From assembly GCA_013239625.1 (NCBI GenBank), contig MU054187.1, positions 22,385,280 through 22,449,279 on the forward strand: a stretch of 64,000 nucleotides of DNA, given 5' to 3'. The translations under genes and the position numbers were made by a program. Position 1 is the first letter of the stretch, and the number at the start of each line of letters is the position of its first letter. Below, piece after piece: positions 49,960-63,325 of this stretch. The DNA comes from Lama guanicoe (lineage: Eukaryota). The notes beneath the pieces were generated by a model, which saw only the letters and a list, made by a program, of their open reading frames with translations, was not told the origin of the DNA and searched no databases.

Positions 49960-50150
49960 GATTAGGCCTTCAAGAGACACAAACCTAGATTTGAGTTCTG
50001 GCTCTTGTTTCCCGGCTAAGTGATCTTGGTCAAGGTAACCTTAGGGTAAGCCCTGGCTTTATCATGTGTAAACTGGATATTCATATGTAAAGTGGTGATA
50101 AGAGTACCTATTCACTGGTGGATTGTGTGGCTTAAACCTGACACTGAGGT
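49960..50150 (+). mobile_element. MIR SINE
   Basis: aaacctagatttgagttctggctct...gtgatcttggtcaaggtaacctta...tgtaaagtggtgataagagtaccta. Confidence 0.7.
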
Positions 50151-51913
50151 CAGTGAATGTTCACTAGGGTGGGTTTACAATACCTTGTTTTTGGCATCAG
50201 ATGTGTTTCAGAATTAATTTTTCAATTTTAGAAAGGTAACGCGCCGTATATTCCACGTTGCATTAAGCCCCCGTGACGTCTTGGGGCGGCACCCTGCACT
50301 CTCCTTGGCAAATGTTTAATTATGGATAAATAAGGACAATAAATCGCCATGTATCTGGTAGAGTCTGCTGCCCAGCGAGTTCAGGTCCGTTCAGTGTTGC
50401 TGGGAAGGAGCGTTTCAGTCTTTATAGCTTTTAGGGTTTTGGATTTGTGGATTGTGTGCCTGTATTTTAAACATGAGAAGAATCACGTTATTCAGGAGTA
50501 AAGTTTTAGCTGTCTAATTGATTATCCCATTTTGGAAAGTTCCTGTGTGTTTTGGCTTCTGGTATTTTCCTCCAAGAATGGGGATAGCCGGAAGTTCATA
50601 CTTTTACCAGCCTGCTTTAAAATTCTTAGGAACAATATTTGTGAGTAGCCAATTAATAATTGTGTTCTGTTACTTGAGTAGCTTTAAAATATCTTGTTAC
50701 TTGTATTTACAACAGAGATTTTGGCAGTGCGATGTTCCTCTCAAGTGTTTAAATGTCATTTCCATTTGAGCCTTAACTGCTGATGTGGGGGAGCTGGCTT
50801 TGTGTGGTTTCGCAGCGCGGCCATGTGAGGAAGGTACCTCTCCTAGCCTCCTGCCCTGTTATCACTGTGGAAGCGTGGCGGGGAGATGACGGACTTTCTG
50901 TGCCTCAGAGTGGCAGCGGGGTGATGGGGGAGGGTTGGGGATGATCAGTGGTTGGCCATCATCTTCTGTGTTCCAGTGTAAAGCCAGTTCTGGGCTCCTA
51001 GGGTTACTGCTAACACTTCTTTTCCCCTTCACAAAACCGGCTTCGTGGCTTCAGTTTACAGATAAGAAAACGAGACTCGGAGAGGCCCAGTGTGCCCAAG
51101 TGGTAGACCTGAAGTTTGGGCCTGGGTCCGTCTGAGTCTGAAAGGGGTTCTCTTACGTGGCCCAGCATGCTCTTCTCACGCTGGGAATCGGCCCTGGAGC
51201 TGGAGTTAGCGCGTCTCCATGCTGCTTGGTGCTGGCAGGTTAGAATCCTCAATGTATTCGGAAACAAACAATCAGGACACGTTTTGCGGGGAACGTAAGT
51301 CTGGGTCACGATGTCCTAGTGACCAGCGCAGCGCAGGGGAGTGCTGGCCCCGGCAGCAGGCCTGGCTTTGGCCTGTGAACGCTAAGAAGCTTTGTGTCCC
51401 TGAGTGAGTCTGTTACTCACCTGTCGGCCTCGGCCTCGGCTTTGAGCTTTGATGACTCTGCTTTTTGCTGCTTCATGAGGTGTAGTAAGCACTGTGTCTT
51501 TGAAGGGTACCAAACCTTGAAAATTTGGGTGTTTGAAGGAAAAAATGTCTGGTATTATATTGTTAAAATACTCCACGTTGAAACAAATGACAGATTATTT
51601 ATATGGAAATGTTTGTGGGATTTTGAAATATGAGATGTTAGATGATATAATTACATGAAGTTTGGTCTTTGCAAAGTAAGAATGTTAAGTTGCCTGGATG
51701 TTTGTCCCAGAATACATGGAAATGACTTATTAAACTCAGTCCCAGCAGCTCACCACTTTCACTGTTAATGGGCTTATGTGCTTTTGCGCATTCTCTGTTT
51801 TAGATGACTTGTTCTTTCTCAACCTTCAAGAAAAGCATTTTTAATGAGTAGCTTAAACGCCCCAGAAAACCACCCAACTACGGAGTTGCTCAAGTGATAA
51901 AATAAGAGAATGT

Positions 51914-51960
51914 ACACACCATTGTAAACTGACTATACTTTAATAAAAATGAATACAAAA
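51914..51960 (+). mobile_element. Tiny L1 3' terminus
   Basis: acacaccattgtaaactgactatactttaataaaaa. Confidence 0.75.
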
Positions 51961-52057
51961 GAGAAAAGGAGCAGCAGGCTGATACAGCAGACTTCTTGTT
52001 TTAAGGCTTGGGGTTAGCTCAGCATTTCTTACTTTACAGCATGTTTCTGTAGCACAA

Positions 52058-52270
52058 ATGTAGTGAAAAGAGCATTGACTTTGAACCTATGAGATCTGGG
52101 TTCACAATCCTGACTTTCACTTGTTCTGTGTCCCTGGGCAATTGACTTCAATTCCTGAAACTTCATTTTCCTCACCTGTTAGTAGGAATAATAATGACTT
52201 TGAAGGGTAATTGATAACATTAGAGAGAGTTCTTTTTGTGGCATGACCGACAAATAATAGGAGCCTCATG
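52058..52270 (+). mobile_element. MIR SINE
   Basis: gtagtgaaaagagcattgactttga...gatctgggttcacaatcctgact...tgtgtccctgggcaatt...cttcattttcctcacctgt. Confidence 0.8.
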
Positions 52271-53451
52271 GTCGCTGTGATTCTTACTGTTCTGGGCATC
52301 TGAGATTGGATGCAGGTTCCGGGTTTAAGATTGGCCGTGTTTCTGTGTCACTTAGACAACCTCATAAGTGCCACCAGTCCCAGATAGCCATGCTCGGCTA
52401 TCTCGTTCTTCTGCCTGGGGAGTGTAACTTAAGTTGATTCTGTAAGTTTGGAACCCAGGTTTTAAGATGCTATTATTTGAATTTTTTTTTCTTAATTGAC
52501 ATTAGGCAGCACAGGAATGGGAAACCTGTTCTACTGATACTAAGGCGTGGGAAAAATTACCAAATGGAAACATTTTCTGTTCGAAAAGTTTTGGTAATTT
52601 GCCATTGTGAACATAATAGTATTATAAGAAACTGAGAAATTATAGCAAATTAAAAGAAACGATTTCATTTTCATTTTGGTGTAGTTTACCTTTGATGGAC
52701 ATAAATTTTAGTATCAATTCTTTTAAAACAGAGAATAGGAATTATGTCCCTAAATTAAGAGTAATTATGAAAGTAAAAATGTGTGTGTTTTTTTCGAAGG
52801 GGATGGAGCAAGGAGGGAAGGAGAGATGAATGTGATCAAGGACACAGTAATAGTGCCAGAGGCCTGGGTTTTTAGTTTATTTTTAAGGACCATAACTGTC
52901 TAGCTTAAAAACTACAATAGTTGCTGCTAGATTTGATGAAGATATTTTCTTCCTTATTAATGTTTTCTAGTAAACAGAGTGCAAACATTTTTGGTATCCC
53001 TTACTTGTAGTGGAGGAAAACTATTTTCATTTTTCAGGAAGTTGGTATCGAGTATTTGATTCTTTTTTAAAGGTGCATTTTATAGTGCAACATCACCATC
53101 TTGTGGCCTTCCAGAAAATTGTTGCCAAAGTTGTTTTCACAGCTACAAGCATAAATTAAGTTGTTCTCTGATGTTGGCCAAGGGCTCAGATTTGTAACCC
53201 GTAGTTCTTACTATAAATGGGGGGTGGGGGTAGGGAGTGGAAAATAAAGTGATTTGTACACTAGGGTCGCAACTTTGTTAAAAAACAATATATTGGAGGA
53301 AAGAAAATAATGGTACAGAAATGAAGACAGCCGCAAGTTAGGTTGGTGCAAAGATCCTGGATGGTTGCTGCTTTCATGTTTTCATGAATGTGCAGTGGTT
53401 ACAGTCAAGTGGTTCTAAGCTAGACAATCTTAATATGTTCTGTCCTCCATT

Positions 53452-53592
53452 TTTTAAAAAAAAAATTGGGGAGGTAGTTAATTAGGTATTTATTTACTTA
53501 CTTAAAAAAATTATTAATGGAGGTACTGGGGTTTGAACCCAGGACCTTGTGCGTGCTAAGCACATGCTCTACCACTGAGCTCTACCCCCGCT
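53452..53592 (-). mobile_element. Camelid SINE (vic-1-like)
   Basis: ggggaggta...taattagg...atggaggtactggggtttgaacccaggaccttgtgcgtgctaagcacatgctctaccactgagctctacccc; TSD-like cc(t/c)ccattt. Confidence 0.92.
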
Positions 53593-54789
53593 CCCCCATT
53601 TCTTAGTAAGGTTGCCAGGGCCCAGGGCAATTTAGATGCCCTGGCTCATTCAGCCGCTTAATGAGACTGTTGTCCAGAGCAGTGTTTTCTAAGCTGGTAA
53701 CTCTTGGAGGGGTATTTTCTACATGAATTTTCACACTTTTTTCTTTCATTTTGATATAATTTTAAAGTAAAAAAAGATCTATTTGAAAAGTACAGTAGTT
53801 CATTTAAAAGAGCACCTAGAAACTAAGTAAGACTCTGGATTTAAGCCTGTGTTTACTTAGTTGTTTTTAAGATTCAAATCGTTGACAGTATCCAAATATC
53901 ATCGTCTAATTATGTGCCAGGCTTTGAGAGAGACATGGTGGATCCAAGGCCAGTAGCCAGGATTTGTCCTCCACGCTGGAACTTAGAGTGTAGAATGCAG
54001 TGAGAAAAGTAAAGCTATTTTGATGAACACAAAAATTTGCAGTCAGGGAGACTAGGGGGAAAAAAAGCTATCACTTACTCTTCACCATGTGCCAGGCACC
54101 ATGCAGAGTGCTTTTGGTACTTTTTCTCAGCAATTGATTTTGGAGTTTTGCTTTTTTTTTTTTCATATGCATACAAATACATATCTGTGGAAGCTCTGAA
54201 ACAGTTAAGTTTCCTTGGACAGTGCGAGTGTTTCAGCTCTCATGGGTCTGGTAGGTTTTTGTGATTTGGTCTTGGTGTCTCACCAGCAGTGATAACATTT
54301 CTGTTGGGAAAGTTTGTGCTGTGTTCTAAGCAGCCGTCTTTCCCCCAGACTTTTAGAGTCCACCTGAGATATGATTTGGGGATTAGCATATGACTCTGAG
54401 TTACTTTGAATATTTAGTTAGGGACAGCGTGTCCAAGTTTAATAAGCTTTTGTTTATATACTTTGTTTATATACTTTTGGACGTTTGAGTGTTTAATAAA
54501 TGAAATGAACATTTTATGTAACATTTGTCCTTTACTTTTATATTAGACATTTTTGTACTGAGCTTTTATTGTGAGCTGTGGATATGAAATCCCACTCGGT
54601 GAGGTGAACATGGTCTTGGAGATCAGAATTACCAGGGCAAAGATGGGAGGGTATAGGTGGTTTAGCACCCTACTTGCATGGGGTTTCCTTTATAACATTT
54701 TAATTTAAAGTTTCAGTTCTGTGCTCTATAGGTACATTTTTTTTAACCTAACCACTCGAACCAGTTCTACAGGTTTAATGTTCTATTAA

Positions 54790-57440
54790 TTGTAATTTAG
54801 CACACTTCTTTGAGTATATAGCAGGGGCTGAGCACTGGGCGAGGGGCTGGAATTGTAAAGATGAGTACTAATAGAGAAATTTACAGTCATGGTTGGAATG
54901 CCATGTTTGCTTGAGCTGAATCTTGGGGGCTGATAGGAAATTCGGAAGATGAGTGGTGGGAATCACGTGTAGGAGGTCATTGGTACCCAAAAGTGTCTGT
55001 GAGAATCACGTAGGATCCCCAGGCGAGTGAGACGTGGCAGCCAGGTTGAGGATAACTGGTGGTGGGTCAGAAATACATGTCGTTAGTCAGCTCTGGGTGA
55101 AGAGCTTTTCTGGAGAGTACCAGGTATTTTATTATCTCTAGCTGGATTTTAGTGAACGACGGTGTGTACATAATGCGGATGAATAACCAGAGGTGGTTTG
55201 ATAGTAGCTGGAGTGTGTGTGCCTTTTTCTCTTCTGCAGCCTGTGCTCTGAACTGCTCTAACGTGTCTTTGCTTCTAGGCATGAACATAAAAGTGCCCTG
55301 GAAAGTCACACGTGGGACACGTCTGCGGGGTTTGGTGCTGCTGCTAACGGGGCCCAAGTCTGCTCCGCCTGTCTCGGATTCCTTCCCTGGCCACATGCCT
55401 GTTAAGACAGGATTTTGTCTCTGTTTGCTGACCATTGTATTCCCAGGGCCTTCTTCACTGAGGGAATCGGTTGGTAAAACCTCCTTAGCTTTCTTCCCGG
55501 ATCATTTCAGAGTTCTCTACCTTCTCACGCATCCTTCTCTCTCTGGTCTCGGCGTGAGCGCTGTGTGTCTGCCTCTGCGTGACATCTCAGCCCGGCCTGC
55601 CTCCTCAGAGGTCTGGTCTTAGTCATCATTCTCTTCTGTGACTTCAGCTTCTTCCTGCCTGAAAACATGTGCAGGTCTCTCCTATCCTCAAAATCAAACC
55701 TATGCACACCTCCCTTTAAGCCTGTGTCTCTTTTCTTTCACAGTCACATTATCTGAGCAGACGTTTCTGGCTGTTCATTTGCTTCTCAGCCGCTGGCTTC
55801 TGGTCCTGCCGCTCCGTCCAGATTGCTCCTGCTCAGGGCCTGGGAGCATCCATGCAGTCCAGTAAACTGTTTCCTCTTCCTGCTGATCTTACCAGGGTAC
55901 CTGGTGGGCGTGGCCACTCTTCTTGAAATTCTTCCCTGAGGTTTTCTTGTTTTCTTCAGCCCTGAGCATGGTCCTCCTCTCCTGGGCAGCCCTTCAGTGC
56001 TGTGTTCCTAGGTGCTGTCTGTTCTGCTGACTGTATGCAGCAGGCCTTTCCTGGGTGATTGCATGTGCATTCACAGAGCGCCTGCCAGCAGGTGGCTTCA
56101 GTTTGCTCTTGGGCTCTGCTTGCGGGATGTTACGCCTTCCTTTGCCTCCAGCATCTCTTCTGCACTCTGTCTTGGTCAGTCAGCAGTATTTTGGGGGGTC
56201 CTTCCCTCCGCCAGGCTTCAGCCTGCATTTTGGGAGTAGAGTGATGAATGAGGTGGAGTCTCTGTCCTTGGAGGCGGGGTGGGGATAGGATAGGAGTGAG
56301 AGGACAGAATATATGAGCATAAATAATTGAGAATTACTAGGAAAGGTAAAACAGGGTGGGCTGGCAGAGCTGGAGGGGTGAGGCTTCTGCAGTGCCTGGG
56401 CTGGCTGGAGGTTCTTCCTGAACGGATTGTGTTTGAGTTGAGCCCTAAAACCGAGAAGGCAGCCAGGGGACTGTCGGGTGGAGCAGTGAGCACAGAGGTC
56501 CCTGGGCAGCACAAGGTAATCCGGTTAGGGATGGCAAGCGTGCCAGTGAGAGCTGTGGGGGCAGCAGATCACTCGGGGTCACGTATGAGTCTGGGTTTAT
56601 TGTCGTTAAGATGAGAGCACGTTGGAGTGTTCACAGTTGTTGCGATGCATCCTGTTGTGGAAAGCTCATCCGGACTGCTGGATCCAGAGGATGGATATGG
56701 TGTGGAAGAGAGTGGGGGAGGGGGAGAGGGAGGGGCAGGGAGCACGTGTGCTCGCGGTTTGGGTGCAGCGAGGAGAAGAGGGCTGTGTGGAGGCGGTGAA
56801 AAGGCATCCTAGCGCCCCCCCCCCTTCTTTATTCATGCGTCTGGTTAGCCCACCAGTTGCAGACTCCCGACGTTAACATCTCTGCGCCTTCCTCTGTTTC
56901 AGGCCCAGCCCACCCTCAGAACGCCGTTAGAGCAGTTTTCCCCAAGTTTGTCGGCATGTTCCTGCCCCGCTGAAAGTTCGTTGGCTCTCTGTGGCTTTCT
57001 TAGCTCGTCGTGGTTTCATCAGGTTTCACCTCTGGCGCTCCCCCTCTCCACACCCTCCCCGGAGCAGAACTTCTCGTGGATGCGCTGCCCGCATTGGTGG
57101 GCTCGCTCCTCGGCGCGCTGGAGGTCTTGACGGCACTTGTGTCCTCTCGTGCGTACAGCGCCTGCGTGGGCATCCTTCCGCAGCTCACCTGTCGCCGTCT
57201 CCGGGGCCTTTCCTGACGCCTCTCCACCTGTCCCACGGTCTGGTCTAGGTGCTTCTCTGTTGTTCTGCTGTAGCGTTCTCTGCACGGCCCTGCCAGGGAG
57301 CTTGGGGCTGCCAACCATCCTTTCCCACTGCCGTGTTATAAACCCACCAAGGGCAAAGAGCGTATCTTGGAAGGGTTTTGTATTCCTAATGTTTGACACC
57401 CTGCCTGGAAACGTGCCTAGTCTATATATGTGCTGAGTGA
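54790..57440. mobile_element. Cluster of ancient LINE-2 fragments in both orientations
   Basis: Antisense L2 at ~54790-55150 and ~56300-56760; sense L2 at ~55520-56220 and ~56880-57440, ending ...aagggcaaagagcgtatct...tttgtattcctaatgtttgacaccctgcctgga...tgtgctgagtga. Confidence 0.6.
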
Positions 57441-58354
57441 CTTAATTCCGGAAAATTGTTAGAAGAAGTACCTAATATCTAGTTTGTTTATTTGACCAGC
57501 TCTGTTTTGCCCCATGGTAAGTTGATTCTCTTCTACTGGAAAAATTAAAGGCTTGAGTCAGGATTTCATAGGGAGAGCACGGAGACCCAGTCTGTGCTTA
57601 CTGAGTGAACCCTTGTCTGAGGGCGCATGGAGGTCCCGGAGGAAATGGGCACGAGGTGGCCCCTGTTTGGTCGTGGAAGAGGAGGGGAGATGCCAGAGTG
57701 GGGAGGTGGCAACCAGACTGCCTGAGTGGAGGAATGAGTCGGAGGTGAGAAAGAAGGTTGACTATTTGAAGAAGTCAGGTAGTCAAAGCATTTGTCTTTT
57801 CTCCCTCTCTTTTTTTTATTGCTCTTGTTTTGCCTTGTTTTAATAGTATCTGAGCCCCAGGTCTGTTTGATGGCCAAGAAAGAGGAGGGCATAAGGGAGG
57901 AGAGGGAGGACTATCCTAGGAGGTGAAAGTCACGTGGGTACTCGTCCCTTTGGAAGGAAGGGGCATCGGCTTCATTTTCAGAGACGTGAGCATGTGTGGT
58001 ATATTTTTATAAGAATCTGCATCAGAAACGATTTAAAATAAGTAGATGGGGATGAGTGTCCCAAAAGGCCAAAACATTAAGTTTTAAAAGAGTAATCTCA
58101 GTATTCAGAAATATTAACTGATAAAATTGCAGTAAATACAGCAGAACTGTGTGTATTTTTCTAGAAGTGCTATAGTTTCCAAAACATTGTCTCATTTAAT
58201 ATCATTGTTCTTTTCATGTTATATTCTTAGTGTTTAGCATTTAGACAGCACTCTGTAATTCACAAAGTGCTTACATAGCATTGACCTCTCCTGAGACATC
58301 TGCTGCTTAGAGAGTTTCAGTTACTTGTCAAAGGTCATGTCGGCTTACTTGTTA

Positions 58355-58592
58355 AGCTGTTAAGCATTTGTTATGTGCGAGGCAGTTTTCTAAGCGATTT
58401 GTCAATATTAACTCATTTAATTCTCTTAATAACCCTATGAAGTAGGTACTATTATCTTTCTCATATTATAAATACAGAAACTGAGGCACTGTGGGCTCAA
58501 GGAGCTCGCCACTGGTCCAACATAGTCAGGTGGGGCCAGGATCCGGACCTGAGCAGTGTGGCTGCAGAATTTACTCTTAACCACTGTTCCAC
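58355..58592 (-). mobile_element. MIR SINE
   Basis: taactcatttaattctcttaataaccctatgaagtaggtactattatc...acagaaactgaggcac...actcttaaccactg. Confidence 0.88.
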
Positions 58593-61494
58593 CGCCTCTA
58601 AGTAAACGTGGGAGCACACGTTCGAATCCAAATTCAGAGTAGACGCTGGTAGACAGTAGGTTCTTACTTTCAATCATTTGTCCTCCCTCAACCTCCCCCC
58701 AGTCAGTCTGAAAGTCTTCTGTAAGTGAAGGTTTACTTGACAGGGTCAGACTTGAGTTTCTTGTAACTTCTAATGTTACTAGGTGTTTAGAATTTTATAT
58801 TAAGTTTGCAGTAAATGTAATTTTTTTTTTAATTGGTAACCTTTGACTTGGAAAAGAGGAAAAACTGGCACTTGGGTCAGCTCAGAATAGAAATATCTTT
58901 GATATTTGATCTTCTGGACTGGCCTTTACTTTGGTGTGTCATGGTCACTGCTAGGTTAGCCTCTAGTCCTCTGTCCAAAGTCTGTTATTAATTATTTATT
59001 ACTTTTTTGGGGAGGAATTTGCATTCTGTATAGACAAGTAGACCCTGTAAAGTTTGCTGGATTGAAGTTTATGTGAAACACATTTTGCTTGAAAGGGCGC
59101 GTGGTTAGTTTTGTGTTGGGTAGGTAATTGTAACTATTTTTTTTTGTTAATCAGAAGCAAGTGCTTTGATAGAAAAAGCAGAGGAGGTAAAGTTGCTCTG
59201 ATCGTGTTTTGTGCTGTGACTGGAGCCTTGCTGTGATGAAAGGCTATTTTGAAGGCAGGGCGGTCGATGGAATTTAAAGTACCCAGAATCTAGAATTAAC
59301 TTGATTAGAATTAACTAGATTGAGGAAGAGAATTGAATTAAATAGTTTGACTAGCTACTGGGCTTGCATTTCTGTGAATGGTGAATTTTTAATGAAGAAC
59401 AACAAGGAAATAAATTGCAGGAAGTTCTTGGGCAGTAGGTCTGAGGGCGTGTGCTGTGATAATTTGAGGAGGCGTGAGGCTAAATTCAGCAAGGCTCTCC
59501 AACTGTCACAGTGAGGGGCCTTGTTTGTTGATTTGAGAAAAGGAAAGAAATTTGTATTAATTGTGTAACTGATGGGTTAGAGCAGATTGATTATATAGAC
59601 TAATTTTGAAAACAAGGCATTCATATACTTTGGAAACAGTTAAAATTGGCAGTAAAAAGAGAATCTAGATTTGGATCAAGATTTAGTGCTTAGAAAATTA
59701 CAATTGCAATGTGTATGGTGAATTTCAATGTAAGATTCTTTAAAACATTTTTTATATTAAAAAATTTTTTTTGATTATTAGGTTGAAGTAGCAGCAGATA
59801 CACAGATAAATGAGAGAAATTTTGAGGTAAGTTAATTGTAAAGCGGGTTTTCCGTGTAATTGAGAGAAGTAACACTTAAAAATAAAAAAAAATGAGTGAA
59901 TGTAGACTCATTGTACACAAGAAGGTGAGTTAGGTGAAAAATAGCAAGAGAATGAACTTAACGAAAGGAGAGGTGTGCGATTTATCTGAAAAGTAAAAGT
60001 CAGGGAAAGAGGCCTAGATTTGTGTCGCTGGAGAAGTGGAGGTAAAAATTGGAAGATGAGTGAAAACAGAGCTAGAAGTCTTGGGGAAAATTAATATATT
60101 TACCTCCTCTGGCTGAAAATCTGAAATTGGGTGCAGATAAGTGATAAGAGTTGGTATTAATATTAACTTAGGAAATTCGGCATTTTGAAGATAAATACAT
60201 TTCCCTCATAAAAAACACTTCCTTGCTCTTCCCATAAAGTGCCATATACTGTGCACCAAAAGGGACTTTGAAATTGAAAGTACAGAAAGAGAGAGGAGAG
60301 AAAGATGTGTTTTTCAGGTCCTGTAATTAGATAGGCATTTTCAGAGTCAAATAAACACCTGAACCGTGGTTGGAGGGTAGAAGGTCCCCGTGGTGCCCAT
60401 CTTTATAGCCCTGTGCCTGGGGGAGTCTGCTGGTGCGTGTCACGTCACTGGGATGGCACCGTTGACAGGTGTTGTTCCCTCTCACCCTGTGGCACTTGGA
60501 AGCATCAGGAGGGTGATATTTGCACTTGTGAGGATTAATCAATGAAATTTACGTAGCGAGATCAGTGTGGACAAGACAACTTTTTAAGAAATTAGCTAGC
60601 TTCTGTCCCAAACAATTAGAAGTATGTATTGAGACCTTCGCACCAAGTTTTCTTGAAGGCAGAGTTGGAAAGGCACAGTGGTTGAGAGATCCTGGGAAGG
60701 GAGGCCCCCTGGGAGGCGGAGTAGGAATTAAAGATAATGTTCATGTTGCATTGTTCACATTGGGAAGGGTCGTCCTGAGCCCGTTTCCTTGCGGGAGGGA
60801 ATGTGACGGTTCAGTTCAGAGCGGGAAGTGCTGTGCAGACGGAGTGGTGATGGGGTTGCCGCCAGGTGCTGCTGGAATGGGAGAGCCGGGGGCCGAGGGT
60901 CCTGAGTTACGTGGGCAGAATCTGAAGGCAGAGTAGTGGTAGAGGTGACTGATCAGAGATGGGGAGCCGAGCAGCGGGCGCTCCAAGGCCTGGGTGGGGT
61001 CGTCCCCGCTAGTCTGTGGGACCGAAATCCGCAAGATTCAGGGCCGGGGGTTGTTGGCACAGATGTGGGGGCTGGAGTGCAGGTGATGGCGTGAGGTGGG
61101 GAAGAACAGCAGGACTGTTAGGAAGCCACTCGGGAGGGTGCAAATGTCTTCGGGTCCTTAGGAGACCACAGTGGTGATTATGCGGCGTGTCTGGGGAAAG
61201 TAAGTGGTTCTGGGCTGTTGAGAGGCACTGGGTGTGGAGAAAGCTGCCGCTGCTTCCTCTCCCCGCCTGCCGCCGTGTGGTCCCAGGGATGCGAAACTGA
61301 GGCCTGGTGATAAGTGGTCCCTGTAAAACCGATTTTTCCTCTCTGAATATTTAGGTCATACAGAAGTTGTAAAATCTATCAGGATTATGCTTCATTACAA
61401 CAGGATTCCACTGAAAACATACCCTTGAGACACATCAAAAAAGCCTTCTGTGCAACTAGAGCCATTCTGTTGTTTCTCACGGTTACTCCTAGGA

Positions 61495-61590
61495 AAGGAG
61501 GATCCCGGTGTGCCCAGGACTGAGACTTTTCCCAAGAGGCAGATCAAAGGCTGGATGGTCCTGGGCACACCAGGATGAGTTGGTCGCACT
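61495..61590. mobile_element. hAT-Blackjack MITE (MER94/MER81-like)
   Basis: Inverted arms atcccggtgtgcccaggac (61502-61520) and gtcctgggcacaccaggat (61558-61576), followed by gagttggtcgc, typical of Blackjack termini. Confidence 0.65.
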
Positions 61591-63049
61591 CTTGTTTACT
61601 GTCCTGCTTTATAAATTCATTGAAATGACTGACAACGTATTTTCATAAGTAATCTCTGTATAGAAGTAATATTCCTGTATTGTTTTACATTAAGTCCTCT
61701 GTTTTGTAGTTTATGCTTTCATAAGTGCTCACTCTCTGCTTGAGGGTTGCTGAATCTTGGGTATCTTGGGGGAGGGGGATTCTGTTCATCTATCTTTATT
61801 TTTGCCATATTCACTGAGCTTTAAATTTTGTGCTGTTGATACAACAGTTTTCCCTAAATATAGGCCTTCTAACCTTTCAAGTTCCACAGTCATTGGACTA
61901 AACTTCTCCAGCAGCTGCTGTGTGCCATCCTGTTTTGCTACTGAGGTGTTACCCTGTATTAATACTGTCTTCAAAGGTAGACTACTGGTATGGAAACTGG
62001 GGCTTTGTCTTCTGCCATTTTTTGTGCCCTTGCCATACCTGCTTTACGTTCTAGACAGTCAGTAAGTGTGTTTATTAATTGATCCAGGCAGATAGATCCG
62101 TGACGATATTTCTCTGGCTTTTCTTAATACCATGCATAGTGTGCAGAATGGATCAGATCTGTAGCTTCTGACTTAAGAATGACATCCTGAGGTACGCAGG
62201 CGATTAATATACTCTTCTGAGTGAGGAGTTGGTAGTTCTGTAACCTTGGAAGACTGGGAATATAGATGCTTATCTGCATTCAGGACTCCCTGTTCTTTGC
62301 ACTTGAATAATAATGAACCTTCATACAGCTCTGTGGCATTTTTTTTAAAGGGTTGGGTTGCACATAATCAGCTTACGTTTAACTGGCCATATCCTCTGGG
62401 CATAGGTTATAACCTAAATTCATTTGGATGAATAACCGGTTCACTTGAAAGTTTGCTAAAACTCAAGACTGTTTTTTCTTTTGCCTACTCTGTCACACAG
62501 CTGTTAGGTGGCAGAAATGGAATCGGAATCCAAGCAGTCTTGACAGCAGAGCTGGCTCTTGAAAGCCTCGTCTCCCACAGTTCCTCCTTCTGTTCCCTGT
62601 CCCGGTTGCGGTGCCAGCATCCACCCAGACAGTGAAGTGGGGGATTCGGGTTGTTCAGAATACTTCTTTCTGACCCTCCACTATCCAGTAATCGTTGGGT
62701 CAGAGATCTTACACACACGCTGAGCTTTTTCCTTCACACCAGCAGGGCTCTGGTTCAGATAAATGCACTATTTTAAATCTAGCCCCACTGCTGCCAAAGT
62801 TACTGTTCTAAAATGCAGTTCTCATTGTTGAAACCTGCCGGCATCTGTCAGTTACCTTCAGGATAAACTTTGAACCACTGCGCGTGGTGTATCCTGAGTA
62901 CATACGAGCTACCCCGGGGGACCCTGCACAGTGCAGATTACCCCGTCTGCCTGTCGGCCTCATCCCTTTCACCAGGTTACAGCCTGTTTCCAGCCATACC
63001 AGCAGTCCTGTGAACCTTCCAGAAATCCCATAATTCTCTCTTGAAGAGT

Positions 63050-63325
63050 TGCACTTCAAGACGGTCCATTCAGAAGTTCACCTTCTCTGTGAACCTTTTC
63101 CAAGTTCCTGTAGGGTAGATTATCCATTTTCTCTTGTGTGCCCCAGATGTGCCACTTGACATTTTGATTCTATTTTAGTCTTGCTGAAAGCTGTTTATTT
63201 GCTTACAGGTTTGTCTCCTCACTAGACTATGAGCTCCTTGAAAGAAGGAATCGTGTCTTACTCAGCTTTATATCCACAGTGTCTAGAACAGTTCCTGGTG
63301 CAGAGTAAGTGATTAACAATTTTTT
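63050..63325 (+). mobile_element. LINE-2 3' end
   Basis: ttcaccttctctgtgaaccttttcc...tgtctcctcactagactatgagctccttgaaaga...tatccacagtgtctagaacagttcctggtgcagagtaagtg. Confidence 0.85.

Noticed and set aside
55067..57892. Dense cluster of 60-156 aa ORFs
   Set aside because: Lies over GC-enriched L2 remnants; overlapping frames on both strands and no recognisable domains.
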